Positions 20,844-30,667 of a stretch of 64,000 nucleotides of DNA are shown here, piece by piece. A model generated the notes under the pieces. That model worked only from the letters and a program-made list of their open reading frames with translations. It was not told where the DNA came from and did no database searches. Position numbers and translations under genes: made by a program. Location: positions 60,602 to 124,601 of the IMG/VR virus record IMGVR_UViG_3300028886_000058. One strand, given 5' to 3'. Source of the DNA: a virus (Duplodnaviria > Caudoviricetes). Every line of letters starts with the position of its first letter. Within the stretch, counting starts at the first letter, position 1.

Positions 20844-21521
20844 TTAGGCATTTACAAATTGTATGTGGAGTCCATTTATCGTGCGATTATTATGACACGC
20901 ATGACTAATTGAAGATTTGTTTATATTTAGTCTTCTAGCTGCTTCTGAAATAGATTCAAAAACTTCATTAGTTTCAACGACAATTATGCGTTTCATAAAA
21001 CTTCTTTTTATTTCTCTTGAACGTTCTTTAAACTCTTCAGAACGTTTTTTACCACGATTTTTCTCTGCACTTTTCATTATCGAATCCATAGATATTACTT
21101 GTTTAGCTCTTGCAACTTTTATTTTTTGTTTTGTTTCTTCTGAAACAATTTTATTAATATTTGCTTGTCTTATTTTTTCTATTGATTCTTCTGAGTGTTT
21201 ACAGGCAAATCCACCCGCATCGATATTATATCCATTGTTTATTGTATCAAAGTTTTTAATTAATAATCTTTCCATGTTTGCTGCTTCTTGGACGGTAAGT
21301 TTTGAAGCAATGACTTCATGATCAAAACTATCCCATCCATATTTTTTTATAGCTTTATAAAATTTATCACAATGAATATAACCTGATCCGTCTTTACCCC
21401 ATCTTAAAGAAGGTTTCTTTACACCAGTAATTCCAATATACATTTTCCCGTTAAGTTTATTAATATGGGCATAAACAAAATAAGTATCATTCAAAATAAT
21501 CATAAAAAGCTCCTTATACAA
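20844..21521 (-). CDS. Intron-encoded GIY-YIG homing endonuclease with NUMOD3/NUMOD1-type C-terminal repeats
   Basis: YFVYAHINKLNGKMYIGIT (GIY-YIG variant), NGYNI, HSEESIEKI/VSEETKQKI repeats and FESISEAARRLNI HTH. Confidence 0.9.
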   Translation of the reverse strand: MYKELFMIILNDTYFVYAHINKLNGKMYIGITGVKKPSLRWGKDGSGYIHCDKFYKAIKKYGWDSFDHEVIASKLTVQEAANMERLLIKNFDTINNGYNIDAGGFACKHSEESIEKIRQANINKIVSEETKQKIKVARAKQVISMDSIMKSAEKNRGKKRSEEFKERSREIKRSFMKRIIVVETNEVFESISEAARRLNINKSSISHACHNNRTINGLHIQFVNA

Positions 21522-21561
21522 TTTGATTTAGCACGGTAAGTTGTCTTTTTATGGTACCTTT

Positions 21562-21601
21562 CCTTTATATTTATTTTCGAAAGGCTTCAAAATTAGGCAC
21601 C
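21562..21601 (-). promoter_or_regulatory. Candidate phage promoter, class B, upstream of the homing endonuclease
   Basis: GGTGCCTAATTTTGAAGCCTTTCGAAAATAAATATAAAGG matches the copy at 49822-49861 at 34/40 positions. Confidence 0.6.
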
Positions 21602-21671
21602 TAACTAAAAAGAGTTTCTCCGTTTAGAGAGCTTTATCGATATGCGTTACCGCATAAAGGGACACAATTTT

Positions 21672-21724
21672 ATCCGAGGCACGTCAGCAATATAGCCCTG
21701 AAACTCTGGAATATAAGTAGCCAT
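21672..21724 (-). CDS. Major tail protein, exon 1 (MATYIPEFQGYIADVPR)
   Basis: ATG at 21724 with AGAGG upstream; 17 codons plus 2 nt before the intron. Confidence 0.75.
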
Positions 21725-21854
21725 AATACATGACCTCTTTCTGGATATATTTATAACAAATCACAGCCTCCGAGCTTCCCCTCACATTGGCATAGATTAG
21801 TTATACTAAGAGAGGCCTTCAAATAACCTTTGATACTTTTGCCTGTATCTAGGC

Positions 21855-22319
21855 TTAATACACTTTCATATATCTGAAAGCTATAGTATATCGGGCGTAA
21901 CCAGCAACTCTTGTGCCCATATCCCAATCTCCAGCAACCCAGAATCTATATCCTGTATCAGCAAGATATCTTTCCTGTGTTAAAAGTTTAATAAGTCTAT
22001 TTGCAATCAAATGTGTTCTCAATTGCAACCTATCGTCTCCGACATTATGTAACTCGCTTTGTTTTACATATATATCAAAAGTCATTAGATTCTTTGTTAT
22101 ATTTGGAACACTTGTTTCAGTTCCTTGTGCATCAGCATAGACTATTCTACAAACTTCGTCTGTTAATAGCTGATTGGTATACCCAGCCCGAATAAAATAT
22201 TTATCGATAAATTGTAAAATGTTGGTTTTAGGTGGAATTTTCATTAAAACCTTTAAGTCATGATCCGTCCAGATAACTTTACGAATAATAGTATTCCATG
22301 CGTTTATCCATCCCATCAT
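21855..22319 (-). CDS. Tail completion/terminator-like protein
   Basis: Position immediately before the tail tube gene, size, and beta-rich motifs (LMTFDIYV, YARYTIAF). Confidence 0.55.
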   Translation of the reverse strand: MMGWINAWNTIIRKVIWTDHDLKVLMKIPPKTNILQFIDKYFIRAGYTNQLLTDEVCRIVYADAQGTETSVPNITKNLMTFDIYVKQSELHNVGDDRLQLRTHLIANRLIKLLTQERYLADTGYRFWVAGDWDMGTRVAGYARYTIAFRYMKVY

Positions 22320-22831
22320 GACGCAACACCTCCCAACATTTTCTTTATTTCGCCCATAGCGAATTCTTTTGCAGCATTCTGAATTTCATCCATAGTTGGT
22401 CCATTAATAGAAACATTTACATATATCGAATCAATTACTTGATTCGTAGCTTCTATTTCATCTGGATTGTCTTTAAATTCAGAAGCTATTTTTATATATT
22501 CGTTTTTTACGATGTTCGTAAGAAACATTTCAATATCATTTGCAGAACCTCCGCTTAAAAGTTCTGTTATGTGATCTTGAATTTCTTCGTTTATAACAGA
22601 AGATATTATTTTTTTAGAATTTTCTTCAGCATATCCAGCAGCTTCAGAACCTTCTGTAAAAATACCTCCAGTAACAGCGGCTCTAGAAGGTCTGGTTCCT
22701 CCTTGTGGAAGTATTATATCTCCACCAGTAACAGAAGGAGGAGAAATACCTTCATCCATTAACTCTCTCCATGACTCATTCGAAGATGTGATTTCATAGG
22801 ATACGGTTACTGTAAAATTACTCGTACTCAT
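22316..22831 (-). CDS. Hypothetical neck-region protein
   Basis: ORF overlapping its neighbours in the head-tail module. Confidence 0.55.
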   Translation of the reverse strand: MSTSNFTVTVSYEITSSNESWRELMDEGISPPSVTGGDIILPQGGTRPSRAAVTGGIFTEGSEAAGYAEENSKKIISSVINEEIQDHITELLSGGSANDIEMFLTNIVKNEYIKIASEFKDNPDEIEATNQVIDSIYVNVSINGPTMDEIQNAAKEFAMGEIKKMLGGVAS

Positions 22832-23597
22832 GTAAACCACCAGCCGCTCTTTTAGCCTGAAGTTTTAACGTTCCATGTGTGCTTGTAATATCAACACCTA
22901 CAAAATTGACATCAACAATTTCATATGTTGCGTTTTGCCAATCAAAATGCTGTCCAATTTTTATGTTTTTAGTTTGATTATTATATTGAACAGTCATCAA
23001 AGTTAAGGCATCCGCAATTGTGCCGGGAGTCCCTGATACAGCTACATAGCCAGGTCTTCCATCATATCTGCAAGCATTAGCAGGAATATCTTCGCATATT
23101 ATTTTCAAATTTTCAGACATGTCATCAGACGCGTATGTTTCGTTTGATATAACATATCCTTCATCATCTATTACATATCCTTCCTCGTCAACTGTAGAGT
23201 CTTTATATTCATATACTTTCAAATATAAATTACATCTTAAAGCACGAGATGGAATATTGTTAGACTCTTTATGCCCATCCCAGTCAAGAATATAAATAGT
23301 CTGATCTGGTTCTATAACAATATCACCTTTTTGTATCCCGCTTGTAAGAGAACATCTGATATTCATATTGTTATCTGTGTTCTCATAACGGCTTTTAGTA
23401 GAATCAGGATATAACTCGCCACGAACATAAGTTGGTTCATAGTTGTCGTTAAATTTGTCATACCAGTTATGTAGAAGTTCAAAATCCATAACTGTATTTG
23501 GAATGTCATTATTTAAGAAAGCGTCGAAATCTGCGGCAAGTGTCCTTGGGACCCTAAACCGCTTGGATGTACCTTGCGGTACGTAGGGAATAGACAT
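22818..23597 (-). CDS. Head closure / head-tail adaptor-like protein
   Basis: Position in the neck module; SPbeta-like (IQKGDIV...YIL...RCN) pattern. Confidence 0.5.
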   Translation of the reverse strand: MSIPYVPQGTSKRFRVPRTLAADFDAFLNNDIPNTVMDFELLHNWYDKFNDNYEPTYVRGELYPDSTKSRYENTDNNMNIRCSLTSGIQKGDIVIEPDQTIYILDWDGHKESNNIPSRALRCNLYLKVYEYKDSTVDEEGYVIDDEGYVISNETYASDDMSENLKIICEDIPANACRYDGRPGYVAVSGTPGTIADALTLMTVQYNNQTKNIKIGQHFDWQNATYEIVDVNFVGVDITSTHGTLKLQAKRAAGGLHEYE

Positions 23598-23609
23598 ATT
23601 GCCACCTTC

Positions 23610-23942
23610 TTATTTGTTTAATGTTTTTGCGAGAAATTCGCTAAATGACATTGTAGATCCTTTGATCCCTTTGTAAGATAAATTTTCAGGCAAACGTTTT
23701 ATTGAATTTGCCTGATCTAATATCTTATGCCTGATTTTGTTAAACTTTTCAGTTAACTCAGGAGGCCATTCATTTTTCTGTTTGTTCCCAGAAAAACAAT
23801 AAAAAGCATCTTCAATGTCCATTAGAACTCGTTTCAGTTCAAGACTGAGCATTTCAGTATAATCTATAAAACCGTATTCCTTTTCAACAACAGTTTCAAG
23901 ATCTTTGTTTTTATACTCAATTTTCACTTTAAAATCACTCAT
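23610..23942 (-). CDS. Hypothetical protein
   Basis: 110-aa ORF within the operon. Confidence 0.6.
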   Translation of the reverse strand: MSDFKVKIEYKNKDLETVVEKEYGFIDYTEMLSLELKRVLMDIEDAFYCFSGNKQKNEWPPELTEKFNKIRHKILDQANSIKRLPENLSYKGIKGSTMSFSEFLAKTLNK

Positions 23943-23948
23943 TTTCCT

Positions 23949-24386
23949 TCACCCTTCATCACGAGCCATCATTTTATGAAAAACACGAATCCGTTCTCTT
24001 TCAAGAGTATCGAGCTCTTGTTGAATTGATTTGTATCCTTCTTTTGCTCCGGTTACAGATAAAGCATTGGTTGTATAACTTACAGCTCCATCACCAGACA
24101 AGTCGCTTAATACAAGATTTAAAAATCTCATATTGCTAATAATGCGAATATATTCCTCTTGAAGAATGTTAAAATCAAAATCATAAAACAGAGTATCGGC
24201 TTCGTCAGTTGTGAACAAAGTTTGGTCATAATAATCAGGATGGTTGATATCAACAAACAATTTCTTAATAGAATGCACAATGATCTTAACGTAATCCTTT
24301 TCGCTTAAAGGATACGGAGTGTTACGCCATGCGTTTTCATTTTCAAGCTCGTCAGCAGCTTCATAGATGTTGTACAAATCAACCAC
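23949..24386 (-). CDS. Head-tail connector-like protein
   Basis: Helical 145-aa protein after the capsid genes. Confidence 0.5.
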   Translation of the reverse strand: MVDLYNIYEAADELENENAWRNTPYPLSEKDYVKIIVHSIKKLFVDINHPDYYDQTLFTTDEADTLFYDFDFNILQEEYIRIISNMRFLNLVLSDLSGDGAVSYTTNALSVTGAKEGYKSIQQELDTLERERIRVFHKMMARDEG

Positions 24387-24397
24387 TCCATTCCTAA

Positions 24398-24865
24398 TTA
24401 TTCTTCGCTTTCTTCTTCATCTAAAAGATCGCGGTTCGGCATTTTAGAATTTAAGACCTTCAGTTTGCTTGCTGGAAGATCCATCTTTTTGCCAACTTCC
24501 CAGATCTCATGAAGTTCAACGGGATCGTCAATTTTACTAATCCACGTCTTGAAAGCATTAAAAGGTTTCTTAAGATTAGTCTCAATTTCTTTAGCGTTGT
24601 GATGTACTTCGGTAGATTCATCGGTGAATCCACCAACGTCTTCAAGCGCTAAATCCTTACCAGAATCATCTACTGGTACAAGCATTTTCGCAGAGAAAAA
24701 TTTCTTGCGATTGCAAATGCTCTCAATGTAAAGAATATCGTTTACGGACAAAACAGCAAAACTGCCCGGCTTAATGTTGATAGATTGTTGTCCGTTGTTT
24801 ACGTACACACCAATTGCATGATTGCACCGATTATACACACGGTACCTTGCATCTCCATTAATCAT
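24398..24865 (-). CDS. Hypothetical virion-associated protein
   Basis: ORF directly after the capsid terminator. Confidence 0.6.
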   Translation of the reverse strand: MINGDARYRVYNRCNHAIGVYVNNGQQSINIKPGSFAVLSVNDILYIESICNRKKFFSAKMLVPVDDSGKDLALEDVGGFTDESTEVHHNAKEIETNLKKPFNAFKTWISKIDDPVELHEIWEVGKKMDLPASKLKVLNSKMPNRDLLDEEESEE

Positions 24866-24885
24866 AATTCCTTCTTACCTTTCAT

Positions 24886-24919
24886 TAAAATAAGGAGCGG
24901 GGCTTTTACACCCCGCTCC
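24886..24919 (-). terminator. Terminator after the major capsid gene
   Basis: GGAGCGGGG/CCCCGCTCC stem with a T-rich tail on the minus strand. Confidence 0.7.
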
Positions 24920-24926
24920 GGTTTTG

Positions 24927-25928
24927 TTAGCCAATTTCGTAAGCACCGATAGTAGGAATGCTTCCAACAACAAACGCAGCACCGAAGCGCTGAGTAAGTT
25001 CGGTTTCAAACGTATGATCATCAATCGTCTGCTGAGTCATGCTGTAGGTCGGACCCTCATTCAGAACTTTCAGATTCTTTTGATCATTGCCAACACCAGA
25101 AGAAATAATATAGATCCAATCCTCATTCAGAATAGGAGTGGTCTTACCATCTTCATAAGCGTTGACCATAGAAATAACGCTAGCACCATTGTAACGTCCA
25201 AGGTAACCAGTGTTATTCTTCTCGTCGATCATGCTACCGCTGTACTGTATGCTCGTGTTAGACACAGGAGCACCAGCCAGAGCAAACAGACCTTCGACAG
25301 CAGCAGCGTCACCAACGAGTGACACGCCGCCAAGACGCTTAAAGTACATCAGCTGGTCATCCAGCGTAGCCTTCACGATACCGGTACCAGTGCCATAGAA
25401 CGGACTCTGATACTGAGAAATAGCATTGTGCAGAACCTGCTCCACATACTTCAGTTTCAGCATGGTGAATTCCTTGTTCGCATCGCGAATCAGGTCAGGC
25501 ATGTTGATACGATTCATGCGAATATCCCAGATGTTGATAGCGGGACGGCTCGCAATTTCAAAAGTATTAATGGAGAACTGACGGTCAGTCACATAGCTAC
25601 GAGCAGTCGTAGCACCAGTAGCCTGAATGAACGCCTTGATACCAGCGGTCTTCATCCGATACATAGGCCTGTCGCCAAGCGCCACGTTACGAATATCACC
25701 GAAGGTTTCCATGAAGTTCAGAGAATTCTGCTGCAGTTCGTTAATAGTGAACGCAATGATCTGACCAATTTCGTGCTGATGCTGAGGAGACATGTCCTGA
25801 GCCAGTTCATTCACGATAGCGGAAGCTTCTTCGACCTTATCGGAGTCGACCCGTTCATTACGGACCTGAGCAGCCATTACTTTAATAAGCTTGCTGTCCT
25901 TATCCACTTTAATTTCAGCCATTGTCAT
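24927..25928 (-). CDS. Major capsid protein
   Basis: 333 aa, follows protease/scaffold and decoration genes, strongly biased codon usage, LGRYNGASVISMVNAY motif typical of SPbeta-like capsids. Confidence 0.8.
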   Translation of the reverse strand: MTMAEIKVDKDSKLIKVMAAQVRNERVDSDKVEEASAIVNELAQDMSPQHQHEIGQIIAFTINELQQNSLNFMETFGDIRNVALGDRPMYRMKTAGIKAFIQATGATTARSYVTDRQFSINTFEIASRPAINIWDIRMNRINMPDLIRDANKEFTMLKLKYVEQVLHNAISQYQSPFYGTGTGIVKATLDDQLMYFKRLGGVSLVGDAAAVEGLFALAGAPVSNTSIQYSGSMIDEKNNTGYLGRYNGASVISMVNAYEDGKTTPILNEDWIYIISSGVGNDQKNLKVLNEGPTYSMTQQTIDDHTFETELTQRFGAAFVVGSIPTIGAYEIG

Positions 25929-25936
25929 TCACCTCC

Positions 25937-26377
25937 TTAACCAATAGTACCATCGGCTTTAACGCCATACGCAGTGCCAACAACAGGAGTCCCGGTCACG
26001 TTATTAGTAACGAATTCTTCACCAACAAGGATGGGATGGGCACGCATAAGCTCGCCAACGGGTTGCGTGTAATCACGCTTGTCATATTCTTGATAATCCT
26101 CAACGTTGAATTGACGCTCATTTTCAACGAAGTAATACCTCTTCGCCAGAGTGTCAGCAACAAAACGATAAGCAGTCACACCGCCATAGATGTCAGTCAC
26201 TTCCGTGCAAACAAACTTGGTAGTAGTGTCAGCCGCACCCGGCAGCACCAGCTTATCAGCATTAGCGCCAGTTCCCTGAACCATCAGAAGTCCGTTGGGC
26301 ACAGCAGCAGCAGCGCCGTTAGACCACCGACCTTCATAAACATAGCCCTGAAGCTTTGTCATATAGCCACTAGCCAT
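25937..26377 (-). CDS. Capsid decoration/cement protein
   Basis: 146-aa beta-rich protein between scaffold and capsid with the same codon bias. Confidence 0.6.
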   Translation of the reverse strand: MASGYMTKLQGYVYEGRWSNGAAAAVPNGLLMVQGTGANADKLVLPGAADTTTKFVCTEVTDIYGGVTAYRFVADTLAKRYYFVENERQFNVEDYQEYDKRDYTQPVGELMRAHPILVGEEFVTNNVTGTPVVGTAYGVKADGTIG

Positions 26378-26410
26378 ATTCGGTCATTCCTTTCAAAAGA
26401 ATTTCTTTGC

Positions 26411-27688
26411 TTAGGCTTTCTCAAGCAAAGAGTATGAAATATTTTTTGTGTCCTTTTCCAGAAGACTATATTTGTTCTCCGTGGAAATAGTACCCATGAA
26501 CGGATTAATTTCACCGACTACTGACTTGGCTTCAGTTGCTTTCTGCTCTTTCAGTTCGGCTACTTCGTTCTTAAGACTGTTAACAACTTCCATTAATTCA
26601 GCGATAAGTTGTTCAGCGGTCTTCTTTTTGGAGTCATAACTATCCTGATTAATCTCATCAGGAGTTTCATCGTCGCTTTCATCGCCGTCTTCGGGATCAT
26701 CATCTGCGGCAACTTCCTTTTTAGCGTCTCCGGAGTCTTCTTCTGCCACAACAGAAGGATCGCTATCAGACGCTTCAGCAACGTGTACACCGTCGACTGT
26801 CTCCACGAGATTTCCTTCAACTACGTTACTTGTCTGAGTTTCAACAGTTACTGCCTGGAAAACTTCTTTTCCGGTTTCAGTATCATAGGCACTCTGAGTA
26901 GTGCGTTCTACATGATTCTCGTGCATAATAACAGCAGCGGTTTCGTCTTCAGCCTTTTCCTTTTTCTTGCAGGCTGCTTCTTCTTGTTTTTCCTCCTCAG
27001 ACTGCACTTCTTGTGCAGTTTCTAGAGAAGATTCGTTTTCAGCCAGTTCAGGCTGATCAGTTTCAACAACTTCAGCCTTGTTTTCGACTTCTGCCATTTC
27101 CTCATCACCCTTTCTGGTCTCATCTGCTTGCTGTGCAACTAATTCAAGTGCTACAGCATCTTCGCAGGCGGGGTAGGTCACAATGGCTGTGCCTTCCAAA
27201 TAATTGTTTTCAGACGCATCGATTAAGATCGTATCATCATCAAGTTCTTCATATTCACCAACAGAAAGCTCAAAAGAAAACTTTAAGTTTCCTTCTGCGA
27301 ATAATTCAGATATTGCTTTACTAAGTTTTTTATTACGCTTAGGAATTCTTGCATATCCGATTAATGCGCATCCGCTTTCAATAGGTTGTTTTTCGAACTT
27401 ATAGAAAGATCCAATCTGCGTAGAATGAAATTCGCCTGTTTTTGTGTCATACAGATGACCAAGGCGAGTGTAGTTTCCGCCTATTAATGCTTTTTTGTCA
27501 GCATACAGCGGAAGCCCAACATACCGCGTTTCATTACCTACGATTTCATCAATGAAAGCTTCGGTAACTCTAGCTCCATTAAGATTAGCCTCAGGAGCTT
27601 CGCAGATGCGAGCCTTTACAGTCATGAACACATCAGACTGCTGGATTTCGGAGATGACAGAAGCAAATGTAATTTTGCTCATAAACAT
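26411..27688 (-). CDS. Prohead protease / scaffold
   Basis: N-terminal protease-like domain (NLNGARVT...LGH...FSFEL...PACEDA) plus a long acidic, coiled-coil C-terminus. Confidence 0.75.
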   Translation of the reverse strand: MFMSKITFASVISEIQQSDVFMTVKARICEAPEANLNGARVTEAFIDEIVGNETRYVGLPLYADKKALIGGNYTRLGHLYDTKTGEFHSTQIGSFYKFEKQPIESGCALIGYARIPKRNKKLSKAISELFAEGNLKFSFELSVGEYEELDDDTILIDASENNYLEGTAIVTYPACEDAVALELVAQQADETRKGDEEMAEVENKAEVVETDQPELAENESSLETAQEVQSEEEKQEEAACKKKEKAEDETAAVIMHENHVERTTQSAYDTETGKEVFQAVTVETQTSNVVEGNLVETVDGVHVAEASDSDPSVVAEEDSGDAKKEVAADDDPEDGDESDDETPDEINQDSYDSKKKTAEQLIAELMEVVNSLKNEVAELKEQKATEAKSVVGEINPFMGTISTENKYSLLEKDTKNISYSLLEKA

Positions 27689-27767
27689 TCTCCCTTTGCT
27701 TTGCGTTCAGTGGGGGAAGACAAAGAGCGCAAGGCTAATCTATGATAAACACCGTAAGGTGTTATCA

Positions 27768-28970
27768 TTAAAATATAATTGGGTATACACATCTACGTCC
27801 ATACCCTTCTTCGACTAGTATCGCTGTAGCGCCAGGTAAGGCTCCGTATCCTTTGCTTTGAGCATAAGGATCTATTCCGCAAAAACTTGGAACACGTTCA
27901 ACGAATACGTTTCCGTCCGGAATTATTCCGGTTGTGAAAGATTGCGTTTTGTGTAAATGTCCGATGATAAAAGCATCAATTGGTCTTTGATATAAATTGA
28001 CATAATCTTTAGCCATTGATTCTATATCTGTGTTTTGACCATGCAGCAATAAATATTTATATCCGCATACGTCTATCAATTTTGTCATAGGAGCATCGTT
28101 GTCTTCAATCAAAACAGATACTTGATCTTCGAACCTCGCATATAAATAATGCATCACAATGCGCTCCATGTTTTCTTCAGGAAACTGTCCTGCTTTTGAC
28201 CCAAGAGGACGTATTTCTCCATGGTTTCCTCTGACAGCGTATACGCGAATCGGTATATTAACAGACTCTTCAAGTTTGACTAACCATAAGGTAAATGTTT
28301 CAGCAAATCTCATAGAACTTTCAACAACTCCAAACTCTAACCTTTGAAGCTGGCTCGCTCTTAAAATACCGTCCAGCATATCACCTACAATCATAATAGT
28401 AAGCTGATCTGGATTTTCTTTTTCGCATATTTGAATAATATGCCTTAAAAGCTGACCTATACGTTTTTCAAAAACTTGCGAGTCATATTCGTTAATTATT
28501 TTTCCATCCAATCCCATGACGCTAAAATTAGCACCATAATGGAAGTCACCCATACAAACAAGAAGATCTTTTCTTACTTTTGTTTGCTTTTTATGTGGAA
28601 TATTAATTTCTATTTTAGGCAAAAGCTTTATTGCCTCACGAACACTTTCACATATCAATTCGGTACGGGAAAATTCGCGCATGTTTCTATTAATATCTCT
28701 TTGAATATCGTATAGCTTCTGACGCTCTGTAAAACCTCTGTCAATATGTTTCTGGCTTTCTGTATCGAATACCATTCCTGCAGTTTGTGCAAGATCAATA
28801 CCGACGCCTATTTTTCTTAAAGTGTCAGTGCTGCAATCAAGATCGTATTCTTTAACAAGATCAATCCAACTTTTACTGCTATGCCTGCATTTTTTATCGA
28901 TTATTTCTTTTACAAGCATTTGCATTTCCTGTTGACCTAACTCGTCAATATTCTTGCCCAAAAAATCCAC
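27768..28970 (-). CDS. Calcineurin-like metallophosphoesterase with an N-terminal helical domain
   Basis: All five motifs present: GDFHYG, GDMLDG, GNHGE, LHG, GHLH. Confidence 0.85.
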   Translation of the reverse strand: MDFLGKNIDELGQQEMQMLVKEIIDKKCRHSSKSWIDLVKEYDLDCSTDTLRKIGVGIDLAQTAGMVFDTESQKHIDRGFTERQKLYDIQRDINRNMREFSRTELICESVREAIKLLPKIEINIPHKKQTKVRKDLLVCMGDFHYGANFSVMGLDGKIINEYDSQVFEKRIGQLLRHIIQICEKENPDQLTIMIVGDMLDGILRASQLQRLEFGVVESSMRFAETFTLWLVKLEESVNIPIRVYAVRGNHGEIRPLGSKAGQFPEENMERIVMHYLYARFEDQVSVLIEDNDAPMTKLIDVCGYKYLLLHGQNTDIESMAKDYVNLYQRPIDAFIIGHLHKTQSFTTGIIPDGNVFVERVPSFCGIDPYAQSKGYGALPGATAILVEEGYGRRCVYPIIF

Positions 28971-29094
28971 ATCCTTTTTAAAAGAGGAAAATGCCGGGGC
29001 TTACATCGTTCGAATGCCCGGCATACCTCCAAAATGTACGCATTGCAACAGCGCTAATAAAAAATGGTGGTCGCTTGCAAGAGGCGTTGGTAGG

Positions 29095-30648
29095 TCATTC
29101 TTCCATAGATCCTTCAGGGTTAGATGGTTTAGGTTGTTTACCCCTGATTGCATTTTCAGGATCTGATGTTCGCTCGGTCTCGTCCATTTCCGGACGTCCG
29201 ACTTTTTCCTGAACATATTCAGTGTTGCCTATTTCACGAGGAAGCATAGCTTCGTCTGTTCCATCAGACTTTTCTTTCTCACGGTTTTCTCTTTCAACTT
29301 CAAGAGAATAACCTTGAGTCTTAAGCATATGATCAGTAGAAATAACACCTTTCTCCCAAAGTTCAACAGCTTTTTCACGCAAAGCCTTTTTGCCTTCGAT
29401 AGAAAGAGGCTGAAAATGGAATTCAGGAGTTTCTTTTAAGTTATATGTGCCTGGAATTACTTCGGCAAGACGCTTGTTGATTTGCGTCATCATGTCACAG
29501 AATTCGTCCCTGATGGCATTAATACGAGCCTCTGCCGTTTCTGTTGAAATCTGAGCAGAAGCAAACGTAGAACCGTCTTCCGATATACCAGTAACCAATA
29601 ATCCGCTAATGCCTCCGGCAGCTAATATATCATTATTAACATTGCGATACTTGTCCCATTGGAACAAGTCATCCATGTCAAACTGAATTGTTTCTGCAGA
29701 AGCTAAATGATTAGTAACAGCTAAAGGAGTGCCGCTCATAGCCGCAAGGAAAATTCTTCTCACCGCAGACAATTGAGCCTGATCTGGAAGAATGTCGTTT
29801 GTTTTAGAACTCTCGCCGTATTTAACATGGACAAAACTTCTCTTGCCAATATTAAGCATTGCGTCTTCATAACTTGAAATAAGTTCCTTTTTAGATAACG
29901 CTCTTAAAGCAGCCGCAATAAACGGAATGGCGTATCTCTGCCAGCTTTCCTTCGATCCTTGTAATACAAATGTGTTAGCGGGATCAAGCTGCGCATACTG
30001 CTGACCAGCTTTAACTGCTTTTTGAACTTCTTCCGGATAACCCTTTAAAATATAATCCGTGTTGCTGTCTTTTACATACTTTTCAGTAATACTGTAAGAC
30101 TTCATCTGAATTTCGTTGATAATGCTTTGGCAGTCATAATCAACAATAGGAGTTCCGTTAAACATAGTGTTACCGATTCTCCATTTGTTTATCGGTAATG
30201 TTATAAGATCTCCATCCTTTAGATAACAACACACATTATTGTATTTAGTAAACTCAAGCATAATAGCATCGAGTTTTTCTCTTAGCCGCATACGCTTATA
30301 TTGTTCTTCGTATAAAGCGTATGTTTTTTTCTTAGACCCTGTTAAGTACCATTCAGAACAAGTAAGAAAAGGAACAAATACATGTTTCACGATTCCGTGA
30401 ATAATAGGATCAGCATCTGTATAATAATCAGCAAGCTGATAAAAACTTTGAATGTTGTCCTGCTTATTACGTAAAATGTTTACATAATCATAGCTTGATA
30501 ATTCGCCTGAAAATGTAAAATTAGAATTAGTAAAGCTTTGAATCGTTTCCTGATCCTGTTCCTTGCTTGCGCCAACTGCAATAGTTTTCTGGGGCTGAAC
30601 AGCCACAGTTGTCTTAGTTCGACCAAATAACTGGTCAATCAATCCCAT
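29095..30648 (-). CDS. Portal protein
   Basis: 517 aa immediately after the terminase; RYAIPFI and C-terminal KVGRPE motifs as in SPbeta-like portals. Confidence 0.8.
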   Translation of the reverse strand: MGLIDQLFGRTKTTVAVQPQKTIAVGASKEQDQETIQSFTNSNFTFSGELSSYDYVNILRNKQDNIQSFYQLADYYTDADPIIHGIVKHVFVPFLTCSEWYLTGSKKKTYALYEEQYKRMRLREKLDAIMLEFTKYNNVCCYLKDGDLITLPINKWRIGNTMFNGTPIVDYDCQSIINEIQMKSYSITEKYVKDSNTDYILKGYPEEVQKAVKAGQQYAQLDPANTFVLQGSKESWQRYAIPFIAAALRALSKKELISSYEDAMLNIGKRSFVHVKYGESSKTNDILPDQAQLSAVRRIFLAAMSGTPLAVTNHLASAETIQFDMDDLFQWDKYRNVNNDILAAGGISGLLVTGISEDGSTFASAQISTETAEARINAIRDEFCDMMTQINKRLAEVIPGTYNLKETPEFHFQPLSIEGKKALREKAVELWEKGVISTDHMLKTQGYSLEVERENREKEKSDGTDEAMLPREIGNTEYVQEKVGRPEMDETERTSDPENAIRGKQPKPSNPEGSMEE

Positions 30649-30667
30649 TGGAACTCAGCCCCTTTCA

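Larger units (their letters stand above)
20704..21671 (-). ncRNA. Group I intron in the major tail protein gene
   Basis: The 5' exon ends in U (CGGAT) and the intron ends in G (CATAATG). R element CCTAACGACTA (about 20838-20848) and S element GATGATATAGTC (about 20766-20777) can form P7. Contains a GIY-YIG ORF, and splicing restores the reading frame. Confidence 0.85.

Noticed and set aside
25146-25160. Tract 1 as a guide against this phage's own capsid gene (AYEDG)
   Set aside because: Only five consecutive dinucleotides (10 nt) match, which is expected by chance in 128 kb of searched sequence.
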